Source: Scyliorhinus canicula
Lineage: Eukaryota
Assembly: GCF_902713615.1 (NCBI RefSeq)
Contig: NC_052153.1
Location: 142,677,772-142,741,771, forward strand
Direction: 5' to 3'
Length of the DNA: 64,000 nt
Part shown: piece by piece, positions 22,329 through 35,261 of the stretch
Layout: every line of letters starts with the position of its first letter
Numbering within the stretch: position 1 is the first letter of the stretch
The notes under the pieces: generated by a model
The model's input: only the letters and a program-made list of their open reading frames with translations
The model's database searches: none
What the model was told of the DNA's origin: nothing
Program-made: the position numbers and the translations under genes

Positions 22329-23504
22329 TGAATTTGTTTATTAAGATGAGGCAGATAAGAACAAAACTACCAAGAGGGAAATCTTGAAGGAATCAGAGCC
22401 GTGGTGTGCACTCTTCTCAAAGCAAAATTGAAACCAAAACTGGATCACATTACATATTTCCCTTCCAGTGATATCATGCGGATGTCCCTTAAAGGCATTT
22501 CACAACAGCCCCATTTCATTTTGAAAATACTTCCCCCTCCTTCCAAAGAAGTATAACAATTTACAATAGTTTAGTTACCATTACATAAATACATAGGACT
22601 GATTAGTCTATGAGTCTCTAAAATGTAAAAGTAATCTGCTGGCACACACAGATCTTGTCATGGTAGCCTTGTCTGAATGTTTCTTCAATTGCTCACCATG
22701 ATCAGTGGGATTCTCATTTTGGATGCTGGTCCAGGTTACACCTGGAATCCTGTCCTAGATGTAATAGGACTGTACCGTGGTTGTGGAGTTGGAATGGATC
22801 TGATTTGTCCTCAGTTACGCCTCATCATTGCACCTTGTTGTGTAAAGACTTCCTAGGACCTGGGCTTTGATCAGATGCTTGTCACCTCAGCTAGTTATCA
22901 TCTACCTTCTGTGGGATTCTGGATGCGAACTTGATGTCCTAACTGTAAACTTGGCAATTCTGTGTCTACATATTTATCCTGCACATTAGTCATCTCTCTT
23001 ACAGTTTTAAAGGTTGTTCTCAAATTCCCGAGAGAGTAGAACGGGGGCAAATTACATCCAAATTAGACAGGAACTGGGGAATGTGGATTGGGAGCAGCTA
23101 TTTGAGGGTAAATCCATATCTGACATGTGGGAGGCTTTTAAACGCCAGTTGATCGAAGTACAGGAGAGGCATGTCCCCCCAAAAATGAAGGATAGAAGTG
23201 GCAGGATTCAGGAACATGGATGACAAGGGAAATTGTAAGCTTAGTCAAAAGGAAAAAGGAAGCGTACGATAGGTCTCGACATCTAAAAACTAACAAAGCC
23301 CTTGAGGAGTACAATGAAAGTAGGAATTCAGAGGGTTAAATAGTGCCATAAAATGTCTTTAGCAAACATGGTCAAGGAGAAACCCAAAGCTTATTATGCA
23401 TATATTAGGAGCAAGAGGGTAGCAAGAGAAAGAGTAGGCCCACTCAAGGAGAATGGAGGGATGTTATGCGTGGAACCACAAGAAGTGGGTGAAATCCTTA
23501 ATGA

Positions 23505-23682
23505 AATTAAATGAAAATCGCTTATTGCCACGAGTAGGCTCCAAATGAAGTTACTGTGAAAAGCCCCTAGTCGCCACATTCCGGCGCCTGTTCGGGGAGG
23601 CTGTTACGGGAATCGAACCGTGCTGCTGGCCTGCTTGGTCTGCTTTCAAAGCCAGCGATTTAGCCCTGTGCTAAACAGCCCC
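23505..23682 (-). mobile_element. Short tRNA-derived SINE with tail B, inserted in CR1
   Basis: 6-bp TSD TAATGA; B box ggttcgattcc on the minus strand. Confidence 0.88.
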
Positions 23683-23771
23683 TAATGAGTACTTTGTATT
23701 GGTATTCACAAGGGAGAAGGACATGATAGATATTGAGATCAGGGATAGGTCTGTAAATGTTCTTGAGAACA

Positions 23772-23945
23772 TCAGTATATCAAAGGAGGAAATGTTGAGT
23801 ATCCTGAATTGCATTAAGATAGAAAAGTCCCCGGGACCGGATGGGATCTAGCCCAGGTTACTGCGGAAGATCCCATCCGGTCCCGGGGACTTTTCTATCT
23901 TAATGCAATTCAGGATACTCAACACTTCCTCCTTTGATATATTGA
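23772..23945. repeat. Fold-back inverted duplication (~78-bp arms, 18-bp spacer)
   Basis: 23772-23849 is the reverse complement of 23868-23945 with 2 mismatches. Confidence 0.92.
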
Positions 23946-25182
23946 AAAATATAAAGGGGAAAAATAGCTGGGGCTTTAACAGATATCTTCACAACCTCTT
24001 TGGCCACAGGTGATGTTCCAGAGGACTGGAGAATTGCCAATGTTGTTCCCTTGTTTCAGAACGGAAGCAGGGATAATCTAGCAAACTATAGGCTGATGAG
24101 CCTGCCATTCATGGTGGGGAAGCTTTTGGAAAAGATACTGAGGGACAGGATAAATGCACATTTGGATAAAAATGGACTAGTTAGTGACAGGCAGCAAGGT
24201 TTTGTACGGGGAAGGTCATGTCTCACCAATGTGATTGAGTTTTTTGAAGAGGTGACAAAGAAAATTGATGAGGGAAGAGCTGTGGATGCAGTTTATATAG
24301 ACTTTAGTAAGGCATTTGACAAGGTCCCACATGGCAGACTGGTACAAAAACTAAAATCACATGGGATTCAGGGTGAGCTGGCTACACGAGGATACAGAAC
24401 TGGCTTGGTTATAGAAGACAGAGTAGCGGTGGAAGGGTGTTTTTCAGAATGGAGATCTGTGGCTAGTGGTGTTCTGCAGGGATCACCCCCTGTTGTTTGT
24501 AGTGTATATAAATGATCTGGAGGAAAATGTGGGTGGGTTAATTAGTAAGTTTGCAGATGACAGGAAGATTGGTGGAGTTGCTGATAGTCACAGGATACAA
24601 CAGGATATTGATAGATTAGAACTCAGGCACAGAAATGGCAGATGGAGTTTAATCTAGACAAATGCTAGGTGATGCATTTGGAGGATCAAATCAAGGCATG
24701 AATTATACTGTAAATGGCAGAATCCTGAGGAACATTAACATACAGAGGGTTCTTGGCGTACAGGTCCACAGTTCCCTAAAAGTGGCAACACAGGTGGCCA
24801 AGTTGGTTAAGAAAGCATATGGCATGCTTGCCTTCATCAGCCAGGGCATTGATTACAGGAGCTGGGGAATCATGTTGCAGCTATATAAAACCTTGGTTAG
24901 GCCGCTTTTTGGAGTATTGCATGCGGTTCTCATCACCACATTATCAGAAGGGCGTGGAATCTTTGGAGAGAGTGCAAAGAAGGTTCACTAGGATTTTGCC
25001 TCTTCTCGAGGGTGTTGGCTATGAGGGGAGGTTGAAAGAAACAGGATTTATTTCATTGGAAAGTCGGTGGCTAATGGGAGACCTGATAGAGGTCTACATA
25101 TTTATGAAAGGCATAGGCAGGGTGGATAGTCAGAGGCTTTTTCCAAAGGTGGAAGTGTCAATTACAAGGGGGCATAGGGTTC

Positions 25183-25522
25183 ATAAAACCATTAGACATA
25201 AGAGCAGAATTAGGCCACTCGGCCCATCGAGTCTGTTCTGCTATTCAATCATGGCTAATATTTTTTTCATCCCCATTCTCCTGCCTTCTCCCCATAACCC
25301 CTGATCCCCTTATTAATCAAGAACCTACCTATCTCTGTTTTAAAGACACTCAGTGATTTGGCCTCCACAGCCTTCAGCGGCAAAGAGTTCCACAGATTCA
25401 CTACCCTCTGGCTGAAGAAATTCCTCCTCATCTCTGTTTTAAAAAATCATCCCTTTCGCCTGCGATTGTGTCCTCTTGTGTCCACAGGTTCTCGTTTTTC
25501 CTACAAATGGAAACATCCTCTC
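25183..25522 (-). mobile_element. CR1 3' fragment of another subfamily, inserted antisense in CR1
   Basis: Minus strand reads FFSQRVVNLWNSLP, followed by a CR1-type 3'UTR. Confidence 0.8.
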
Positions 25523-26722
25523 AGAAGGAAGATTTAAGAGATATGTGTGGGGTAACGTTTTCACGCATAGAGTGGTAGATGCCTGGAACACGCTGCCAGA
25601 GGATGTGATGGAAGCAGGCACATTAGCAACATTTAAGAGATATCTGGATGGGTACATGAATAGGGACGAAATGGAGGTATACGGTCCGGGTAAGAGCAGA
25701 AGTTTATTTTTCATTAATGCATCATGATTGACAGTGGCTTGGAGGGTCGAAGGGCCTGTCTGTATGCTGCAATTTTCTTTGTTCTTTATTATTTGTTCTT
25801 TGTTAACATTTGAGAATTAAGGATCTCACCATGAAAATTATTTATTCAGCTTGGCCATTAATTCTGGAAAAATGAGGAGAAGTAGTGTAATCGATATTCC
25901 ATTTTTCACACATGTTCTGAAATGTTCACCAAATAAAGTAAAAATAGTGGCTAGAGTGTGGGCAATATTCTGCTTCATGCATTGTGCAATTGTTGAACAA
26001 TGGGGTATTTGGTAAAGTAGTCGACAATGACAATGAAGTCAATGCCATGGACATAAAAATGCTGGGATGCAATTATAGACTTCATGTGGAATCAGTGATC
26101 TGACTTTGCATATACTCTTGGCATGCCTCTCACCTCTTCAATGTCATTGTTCATAGATGGCCACTGGAGTGTCTTTCTTGCACATCTTCCTGTACAATCT
26201 ATCCCTATGTGTGAGGGATGCAGTTATTGTAGAATAGCAAAAGTTCTGGTATGATGGCCGCCTGCCTTTAAAGATTGCAACCCAGGAAATGACTCCAGGT
26301 TGTCAAAATGGTCTTGCATATTTATGGGCATACTGCACTGAATCAGGCCATCCTTCAATGATGGTTTTCCACAGTTTCTGTAGTGCAGAAATTTTCTGCT
26401 GACATTTGCATTGTGCATATGCACCAGTTCAAGCTGGAGAACATCCTCAAGTTTGATATCAATGAAGCCAATTTATAGATCCAAGTACATAACTTCTGTT
26501 TTTCCTGGGCTCGGCAAACTGCTAAGTGTATCTGACATAACCATTAGCTTATCTGGCTTGTACATAATCTCACAGTGTTAAGAAACCAAAGGTAGTTTGA
26601 AGGGATTTGTGTTGGTAAACATTGTGCTGGTAAGTATTGTGATTAGGAAGTAAAATCTTTATTCCTTTCACTTATTCATTATTTGATATTATATTTGTAA
26701 TCAGTTAAGGTCAAGTGTAAAA

Positions 26723-27664
26723 ATGGCAGGAGAGCCCAGACCCATGTTATGCTCCCCGTGCTCAATGTGGGAGTTCAGGGACGTGGCCGATGCCCCTGAC
26801 TTCTTCATGTGCGGGAAGTGTGTCCAGCTGCAGCTCCTGTTAGACGCATGACGGCTCTGGAGCTGCGGATGGACTCACTTTGGAGCATCCGCGATGCTGA
26901 GGAGGTCGTGGATAGCACGTTCAGTGAGTTGGTCACACTGCAGATTAGGATTGGTGAGGGAGACAGGGAATGGGTAACTAAAAGGCAGAGAAAGAGCAGG
27001 AAGGCAGTGCAGGTGTTCCCTGCGGTCATCTCCCTCCAAAACAGGTATACCATTTTGGATACTGTTGGGGGAGATGACTCACCAGGGGAAGGCAGCAGCA
27101 GCCAGGCTCGTGGCTCCGCGGCTAGCTCTGCTGCACAGAAGGGCAGGAAAAAGACTGGCAGGGCTATAATCATAGGGGATTCAATCATAAGCGGAGTAGA
27201 CAGGCATTTCTGTGGTCAGAAATGTGACTCCCGAATGATATGTTGCCTCCCGGGTGCACGGGTCAGGGATGTCTCAGATCGGCTGCAGTACATACTGAAG
27301 GGGGAGGGGGATCCCCAGTTGTTGTGGTGCATATAGGCACCAATGATATAGGTAAAAAACGGACGAGGTCCTACAATCAGAATTTAGGGAATTTAGGAGA
27401 TAAGTTAAAAAGTAGGACCTCAAAGGTAGTAATCTCAGGATTGCTACCAGTGCCACAAGACAGTCAGATTAGAAATTCAAGAATAGTCAGAATGAATACG
27501 TGGCTTGAGAGATGGTGCAGGAGGGAGGGGAGATTTTTGGACATTGGAACCGGTTCTGGGGGTGGTGGGACTATTACAAATCGGGTGATCTACACCTGGG
27601 CAGGACTGGAACCAATGTCCGAGGGGGTGCTTTTGCTAACACTGTTGGGGAGGTTTTAAACTAA
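26723..27664 (+). pseudogene. CR1 ORF1: zinc finger plus SGNH esterase, frameshifted
   Basis: CSPC...CGKC; IIIGDSII; CLPGARVRD; VHIGTND. Confidence 0.9.
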
Positions 27665-30600
27665 TGTGGCAGGGGGATGGGAACCAGATTAGGAAGTTAG
27701 AGGTCAGTAAAGAGGCAGTAACTAAAGCCAGTAAGGTACTAGATAATAAACGCATTGTGACAAAGGGGAAGAGTAGACAGGGAAGAGATGATAAACGCAA
27801 AAGAACAGGTGGCCTGGGGTGCATTTATTTTAATGCGAGAAGTGTGGCATGTAAGGCAGATGAATTTAGGGCTTGGATTAGTACCTGGGAATATGATGTT
27901 ATTGGTATTACTGAGACTTGGTTGAGGGAAGGGCAAGAATGGCAACTAAATATCCCAGGGTATAGATGCTTCAGGAGGGATAGAGAGGGAGGGAAAAGGG
28001 GTGGAGGAGTTGCATTACTGGTCAGAGATGATATCACAGCTGTGATTAAGGAGGGCACTATGGAGGATTCGAGCACTGAGGCAATATGGGTAGAGCTACG
28101 AAATAGGAAGGGTGCAGTAACATTGTTGGAACATTACTACAGGCTTCCCAAAAGCGAGCGTGAAGTAGAGGTACAAATATGTAGACAGATTATAGAAAAA
28201 TGTAGGAGTAATAGGATGGTCGTGATGGGAGATTTTAACTTCCCCAACATTGAATGGGCCTCATGTGGTGTTGGAGGTGTAGATGGAGCAGAATTTGTAA
28301 AGAGCATCCAGGAGAGTTTTTTAGAGCAGTATGTAAATAGTCCAACTCGGGAAGTGGCCTTACAAGACCTCGTATTGGGGAATGATCCCGGCCAGGTGGT
28401 TGAAGTTTCAGTCGGTGATTACTTTGGGAATAGCGATCAGAGTTCCGTAAGTTTTAGAATACTCATGGACAAAGACAAGAGTGGTCCCAAAAGAAGAGTG
28501 CTAAATTGGGGAAAGGCCAGGTATAACAAAATTCGGCAGGAGCTAGGATTGGAAGCAGCTGTCGAAGGGTAAATCCACATTTGAAATATGGCAGTTTTTT
28601 AAGGAAAGGTTGATTCGAGTGCAGGACAGACATGTTCCTGTGAAAATGAGGGATAGAAATGGCACGATTAGGGAACCATGGATGACGGGTGGAATTGTGA
28701 GACGAGCTAAGATGAAAAAGGAAGCAAACATTAGATCGAGGCAACTTAAAACTGATGAAGCTTTGGAGGAATATAAGGAAAGTAGGACAAATCTCAAACG
28801 CGCAATAAAGAGGGCTAAAAGGGGTCATGAAATATCTTTGGCTAACAGAGTTAAGGAAAATCCCAAAGCCTTTTATTCGTATATAAGGAGCAAGAGGGTA
28901 ACTAGAGAAAGGATTGGGCCACTCAAAGACAAAAGAGAGAATTTATGCATGGAGTCAGAGGAAATGAGTGAGATTGTTAATGAGTACTTTGCATCGGCAT
29001 TCACCAAGGAGAGGGACATGACGGATGTTGAGGTTAGGGATGGATGTTTAAATACGCTAGGTCAAGTCGGCATAAGGAAGGGGGAGGTTTTTGTGTATTA
29101 AGGTGGACAACTCCCCAGGTTCGGATGGGATCTTTCCCAGATTACTGAGGGAAGCGAGGGACGAAATAGCTGGGGCCTTAACAGATATCTTTGCAGCATC
29201 CTTGAGCACGGGTGAGGTCCTGGAGGACTGGAGAATTGCTAATGTTGTCCCTTTGTTTAAGAAGGATAGCAGGGATAATCCAGGGAATTATAGACCTGTG
29301 AGCTTGACATCAGTGGTAGGCAAACTGTTGGAGAAGATACTGAGGGATAGGATCTATTCACATTTGGAAGAAAATAGACTTATCAGTGATGGGGAGCATG
29401 GTTTTGTGCAGTGAAGGTCTTACAAACCTAATAGAATTCTTTGAGGAAGTGACAAAGTTAATTGATGAGGGAAGGGCTGTAGATGTCATATACATGGACT
29501 TCAATAAGGCGTTTGCTAAAGTTTCCCATGGCAGGTTGATGGAAAAAGTGAAGTCGCATGGGGTTCAGGGTGTACCAGCTAGATGGATAAAGAACTGGCT
29601 GGGCAACAGGAGACAGAGAGTAGTGGTGGAAGGGAGTGTCTCAAAATGGAGAAAGGTGTCTAGTGGAGTTCCACAGGGAATCGTGCTCGGACCACTGTTG
29701 TTTGTGATATACTTAAATGATCTGGACGAAGGTATAGGTGGTTTGATTAGCAAGTTTGCAGATGATACTAAGATTGGTGGAGTTGCAGAATGCGAGGGGG
29801 ACTGTCAGAGAATACAACAAAATATAGATAGATTGGAGAGTTGGGCAGAGAAATGGCAGATGGAGTTCAATCCAGGCAAATGCGAGGTGATACATTTTGG
29901 AAGATCCAATTCAAGAGCGGACTATATGGTCAATGGAAGAGTCCTGGGGCAAATTGATGTACAGGGAGATCTGGGAGTTCAGGTCCATTGTACCCTGAAG
30001 TTGGCAACGCAGGTCGATAGAGTGGTCAAGAAGGCATACAACATACTTGCCTTCATCGGACGGGGTATTGAGTACAAGAGTCGGCAGGTCATGTTACAGT
30101 TGTATCGGACTTTGGTTAAGCCACATTTGGAATACTGCATGCAGTTCTGGTCACCACATTACCAGAAGGATGTGGATGCTTTAGACAGGGTGCAGAGGAG
30201 GTTCACCAGGATGTTGCCTGGTATGGAGGGTGCTAGCTATGAAGAAAAGTTGAGTAGATTGGGATTGTTTTCGTTGGAAAGACAGAGGTTGATGGGGGAA
30301 CTGATTGAGGTCTACAAAATTATGAGAGGTATGGACAGGGTGGATAGCAACAAGCTTCTTCCAAGAGTGGGGGTGTCAATTACAAGGGGCCACGATTTCA
30401 AGGTGAGAGGGGAAAGTTTAAGGGAGATGTGCGTGGAAAGTTTTTTATGCAGAGGGTGGTGGGTGCCTGGAACGCTTTGCCAGCAGAGGTGGTCGAGGCG
30501 GGCACGATAGCATCATTTAAGATGCATCTAGACAGATATATGAATGGGCGAGGAACAGAGGGAAGTAGATCCTTGGAAAATAGGCGACAGGTTTAAGATA
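27664..30600 (+). pseudogene. CR1 ORF2: AP endonuclease plus reverse transcriptase, frameshifted
   Basis: YFNARS, GITETWL, MGDFNFP, GVPQG, KFADD. Confidence 0.95.
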
Positions 30601-33600
30601 AAGCATCTGGATCGGCACAGGCTGGGAGGGCCGATGGGCCTGTTCCTGTGCTGTAATTGTCTTTGTTCTTTGTTTTTTTATTAGAAATAAGGTATAGTTT
30701 TAAGTGGGTTTAATGTAATGTTTCTGTGCCTGGAAGGACCTATAGCTATATTCATGAAGGAAAATGGTGTGGGGATTAGTTTAAATTCCAACTGGGAATC
30801 TGTTGTGCTTAGCGACGGCTAAGGTGTGAAAAATAAAAGCCGAGAGAAAGATAAGTGGTTACTGAGCAAATGGGTCCTCAAGGATTAAAAAATGCTTTCC
30901 TTTGCTCTTAGTTTTTTTTCACTGAAAACCACAGAAGTTCGAGCCAGATCACTAAAGAGTGAATAGCCCTTAACTTTGTCAGGAGAAGCTGGACAGGACA
31001 TGGGCAATTGCAATGATGCAAGTTTCTGAAGGAACAGGTTCCAGTCCAGGTAACCAGGGAATTGGTACCGAAAGATTTTCTTACAAAGTTTGGAGTGAAA
31101 CAGAATAGAGGAAACTGGGAACAAGACAGATTACTGCTCAGTAAAATCACAGAGAGTTGAAAAGACATTGGATTGTGAGAGACCAGAAGAATATATGCAG
31201 TGGTATTAAGGATTGTGAGACATTACCACAGTTTGTGAGAAATTACTTGAATTAAGCGAGTAAATCAGTGGCTGGATCTCAGAATTTGTGTCCAAGCCTT
31301 AAGACCAAAAAGTCCTGATAGGAATTGGTGTAAAATCCTGGCCGAGAGTCACTGAAAAAAATGGAGTGGAAGCCCTGTTCACAGGAGTCTTTTGGAAAGC
31401 ATAGTCAGGATTTTTTAATGCAATCTGCAATGGTAAGCATGATTATGAGAGAAGATTTTAAAACATATATTGGGGATTACAGTTTGGGAAATCTTACATG
31501 GCAATCATCTGGGGAGCAGGGAAGGGGGCGATTCTGAGGAGGCATCTACAGTTATTCGCTTGGGGTTTCAGGGCAGACTGTATATTTGACAAGTCATTTT
31601 GTGTGCATGGAAAGGACTTTCTATGTCAATGAGACCACTGTAGCTTCAAATGTATTTTGTCGTCCATCTTTATCTTAAAACCTGTCTGTAATTGTTAAGC
31701 TGAGGAGGAATGAAAGGAGTATTGTATTATAATCCATTTTTTCCATCTTTAATAAATTTATTTTTCTTATTGTTAAAACTAGTTAGTGGTCCTGTGACTC
31801 TGTTCCTCCACGTTTGATGGAAATAAATAAAAGGTCTTTTGAGCCCTGGTTCGATTCTGGGATCTTCTAGCCCAATTATAACATCAACTGGATCATAACA
31901 ACAGTTGTAACCGTGAATCTTTATCAAGAGGCATTGCTATCTTGGTGGTGCACTGGTGAATAGCTGGCAGCAAATCAAATCCAGTGGCTTGTGGTTTGTC
32001 TCTGCCAGAAATCTTTTTCCAAAGAGATAGTTATGAAAAGGCATGCTTCCAAACACTAAAGACTAATAGTCCTGCTTGGTGCTGGAGTAGTTGGAGTGCA
32101 CTACCAATGGAGATTTTGAAGCAAATGCAATTGGTTTGCATTTTTGTAGTTTGCATGTTCCAGGCCGTCCTGTGAGGCATCTGTCACCAAGGTGGTTGTC
32201 TCCTTGGGATCATAAAATTGCAATGTTGTTGCGTCTGATAATGATTGTTTCAGCGCTTCGAAGTGGTGCTGTTGGGTTTGTGCCACAGGAAAGCCACATT
32301 CTTTCCCAGCAATTCCCTGAATGATGAAGATTCCTGAGTGAAATTAGAGATGCACAATAATGAAAGTGACCTAGACATCTTTGAAGATTGTTCTTTTCTT
32401 GAGGAGTTGACATGGCCCTCATTGCCCCATTTTACCTGGATCGGGACATAAGCCAGCACTGCAATTAATAGAACCGAAGAATTTGATCTGCTGCATGTTG
32501 ATGTCGCATTTCACATTGTTGAATACCAATTCTTCATAATATGCCACTTGCATCAATCAGCACAGATCATATTATGTTCTTGCTTTGTTCTTCCCACAAT
32601 AGCAATATCATCTGCGATACAGATGTATCCTGGAACAGTGCATTAATGCAATCCATATGAGTTTGAAATTGATCCTGGCCAACAGATAGCTCGAGTTGAA
32701 GTCTCAGAAACCAGTATCATCCAGATGGGTAAAAAAATGTAGCAAGCTCTTGGGACTTCCTCACAATATGTACTGACCACTAACCATGCTTGGCCTCAAG
32801 CATTTAAAAGAATTTTTCAAATGTAAAATTTCAGATTTAACTCTTTTAATGTGGGAAATTTGTACAGACAATGTTTCAAAGCTCAGTTTAAATGTGAATC
32901 GAGGCATAAATTCAATGATCCTTCTTTATGACACGTAATTAAGTTGCAGCAATCAGCGTAATCTTGTACTGTTCTAATGATTCCGTCTTTCTTCATGTTG
33001 TCTAGTTTGACCTAGAATTTGTCTTGTTTGTGGTTGCTGCAATCGCAGGGTGAATCAATTGACAGAATTGCATTCTCTTGTAGGTGTGATGTTGCAGCAT
33101 TCTTAAAACAGTCAGTTTTGTCAAAACATTCTGCATATTTCATGTTAGGTCATGAATTGAGGTGATGTGAATAATTTCAGAGGTTGATCTGCCATTTGAG
33201 GTCTGACAAATTCTATGGATTGTGGCTCGAGTGAGATCGCGACATGCTGGTGGACCAACAATTGCTGGGCCTGTAGTTTCCATGATGTAGAACATCTAGG
33301 AGGATTGATTATACTTGCATTCCAGGATTCTGCAGATGGAATGAGTGAGTGTTGTACGCTGAAGATTTCACAATAGTAGATTTTGCAATAGTCTGCCACA
33401 TCTATGGATACATATCTTTTAGATTTTGCAGAGGTAGCATGTTGGCACTTTCTCCAGCATCGATCTTGGCAAACACTTTGAAAGGTATGACGGCATCTAT
33501 GTGCCTGAGATTGACAGCGTGAAACATGTGCTCACCACTCTTCATCTCATGGTGCGCATCATGATAATGGTCTCGTTTGTCAATCACCTTATGTATGTTG

Positions 33601-34315
33601 CTGTCGGGATACTGGTGGTCATTTTTATTGCTTGAATGTACCCATTGAATATGGCCTGTTTAGACCACTGCATGGCTCTTTGTAGCTGCATCAGCCTTTG
33701 CTGTAGTGCACAACCACTGCGCATGGCCCTTTCCGCCACGTGCCATGCAGAATTGAAGAAAAGCTTGGTGGATGCAGAAGACCACACCTTCCACATGTCC
33801 TGTTAGGTTTGGGTGTTCCCAAGAGGTACATGTTGAATTTGGATAGTAGATCAACTGCATTCCAATTCAAACTGGGGAATTTTGTGCACATTCTGACAAA
33901 ATCCCTTTGACCTTCTTTCTCTGTAGTACCTGAAATTAATGCTGCTGTGTAGCTGCTTTCTCAAAGCTCCACCCACAAAGATGAGTTGTAGTGGGAACTC
34001 ATCATGGAGTGTTTGCTTTTTATCCAATTTAATGTTCAGAAACTCTCACATCCACTCATTTTAATAATAACCTTCGGTGACTCAATTTTTCTGACAGTTT
34101 ATTTTTTGATTCTCCCTTACTCACCATTGATCTGATGCAAGCCTGGTCACTCGCCTTTCAAACTGAGTTAACCTGGACCACTTGAAACACTTTCCAATTC
34201 ATGGAACTGACAGGCTATGGACTACACTCTTGCTCAAGGGATCTATCTGCTTCCCAGCTCTTTACTTGAGCATTATCTTAGCGCTGTGTTCCCAAAGCTT
34301 TTTTTCCCCACATTT

Positions 34316-34537
34316 CGGCACCTGTTCAGGTACACTGAAAGAGAATTCAGAATGATCAAATTACCTAACAGCATGTCTTTCAGAACTAATGAGAGGAAAC
34401 CGGAGCATCCGGAAGAAACCACACAGACCCGGGTAGATCGTGCAGACTCCGCATAGACAGTGACCCAAGCCAGGAATCAAACCTGGGACCTTGGCGCTGT
34501 GAAGCAACAGTGCTAACGACTGTGCTACCATACCACC
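34316..34537 (-). mobile_element. V-SINE (tail B type), partial
   Basis: Reverse complement of head, V-core and start of tail B. Confidence 0.8.
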
Positions 34538-34714
34538 TTGTAGCTCTGTAAGAGTCTTTTGAGGAACGCACCCTGCAAATTTGACCTGAGGCCACATCAT
34601 GATTTTTGTCCAGTAAGTACTTGGAAAAGAGTTTTTTTATAAGTAGTTTTATTCATTTCATTTGTATTTATTACAATAAAAGGTAAGAAAATACAGGAAA
34701 CATACAGAAACACA

Positions 34715-35261
34715 GGGTCTGGATTCTCCTATTCTGCGGCTATATCAGCAGGATCCGTCTGGTCTTACGACCAAAAGGTTGCTGCCGCTCCCGCACCGAT
34801 GCTCCGCCTGTTGGAGGGATAGCAGCCACGTCACATAAAGCCCCCGGCTTTACCTGCCGATATGGACACAGAATGGCCGGGCCCGTGATCGCAGATGCGC
34901 ATGGTGGTGGCGTGTGGCGCCGAGCGCACATGGGCCCGGCTTGCCAAAAACTGTCCCTTGTAACCACCCTCGCCACCCCCGGACCACTCCTATCAGTCCC
35001 CCCAGCCCCAGCCGGTGCCCACCCCTGCCAGCGGAACCCCCCCCCCCCCCCCCACCCCCTTCCAAAACTGTGGTGGTGCTGGACACAATCCGCAGCTGCC
35101 ACACGAGGTCCCCGAGAAGTGAGAGGACATGCGCCCCATGTTGTCGGAGACTCGGCCTATTGGGGCAGAGCATCAGGGGAGGGCCTCAGGCGAAGTCCTT
35201 GAGTACGCCAATGTGAGGAGTCAGAGCATCGAAAAAGCGGACGCCGTCTATTCCGACGGTG
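34715..35261. mobile_element. Left part of a GC-rich Harbinger MITE, cut by Gypsy copy B
   Basis: Left TIR ggtctggattctcc; right end not found. Confidence 0.55.

Larger units (their letters stand above)
23035..25805 (+). mobile_element. 5'-truncated CR1 LINE (disrupted ORF2)
   Basis: VPEDWRIANVVPLF...DFSKAFDKVPH...SKFADD; (TTCTTTG)-type tail. Confidence 0.92.
26590..30675 (+). mobile_element. Near full-length CR1 (HER1-like) LINE, frameshifted
   Basis: 5'UTR, ORF1, ORF2 and (TTCTTTG)n tail. Confidence 0.95.
26576..31900 (+). mobile_element. Solo LTR (~1.25 kb: 26576-~26590 plus ~30676-31900) split by a full-length CR1
   Basis: TGTTA...TAACA termini; 4-bp TSD ACAG at 26572-75 and 31901-04; AATAAA near 31826. 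Confidence 0.75.
22640..34300 (-). mobile_element. Old, heavily degraded Gypsy element (pieces ~22640-23030, 25805-26575, 31901-34300)
   Basis: Integrase tail PRS*EVFTQQGAMMRRN; integrase zinc-binding region (IIEGWP...WPSMNNDIEE); RNase H/RT remnants; protease AKIDAGESANMLP; LIKIHGYNC|EIMYKPDK rejoins across the solo LTR. Confidence 0.7.
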
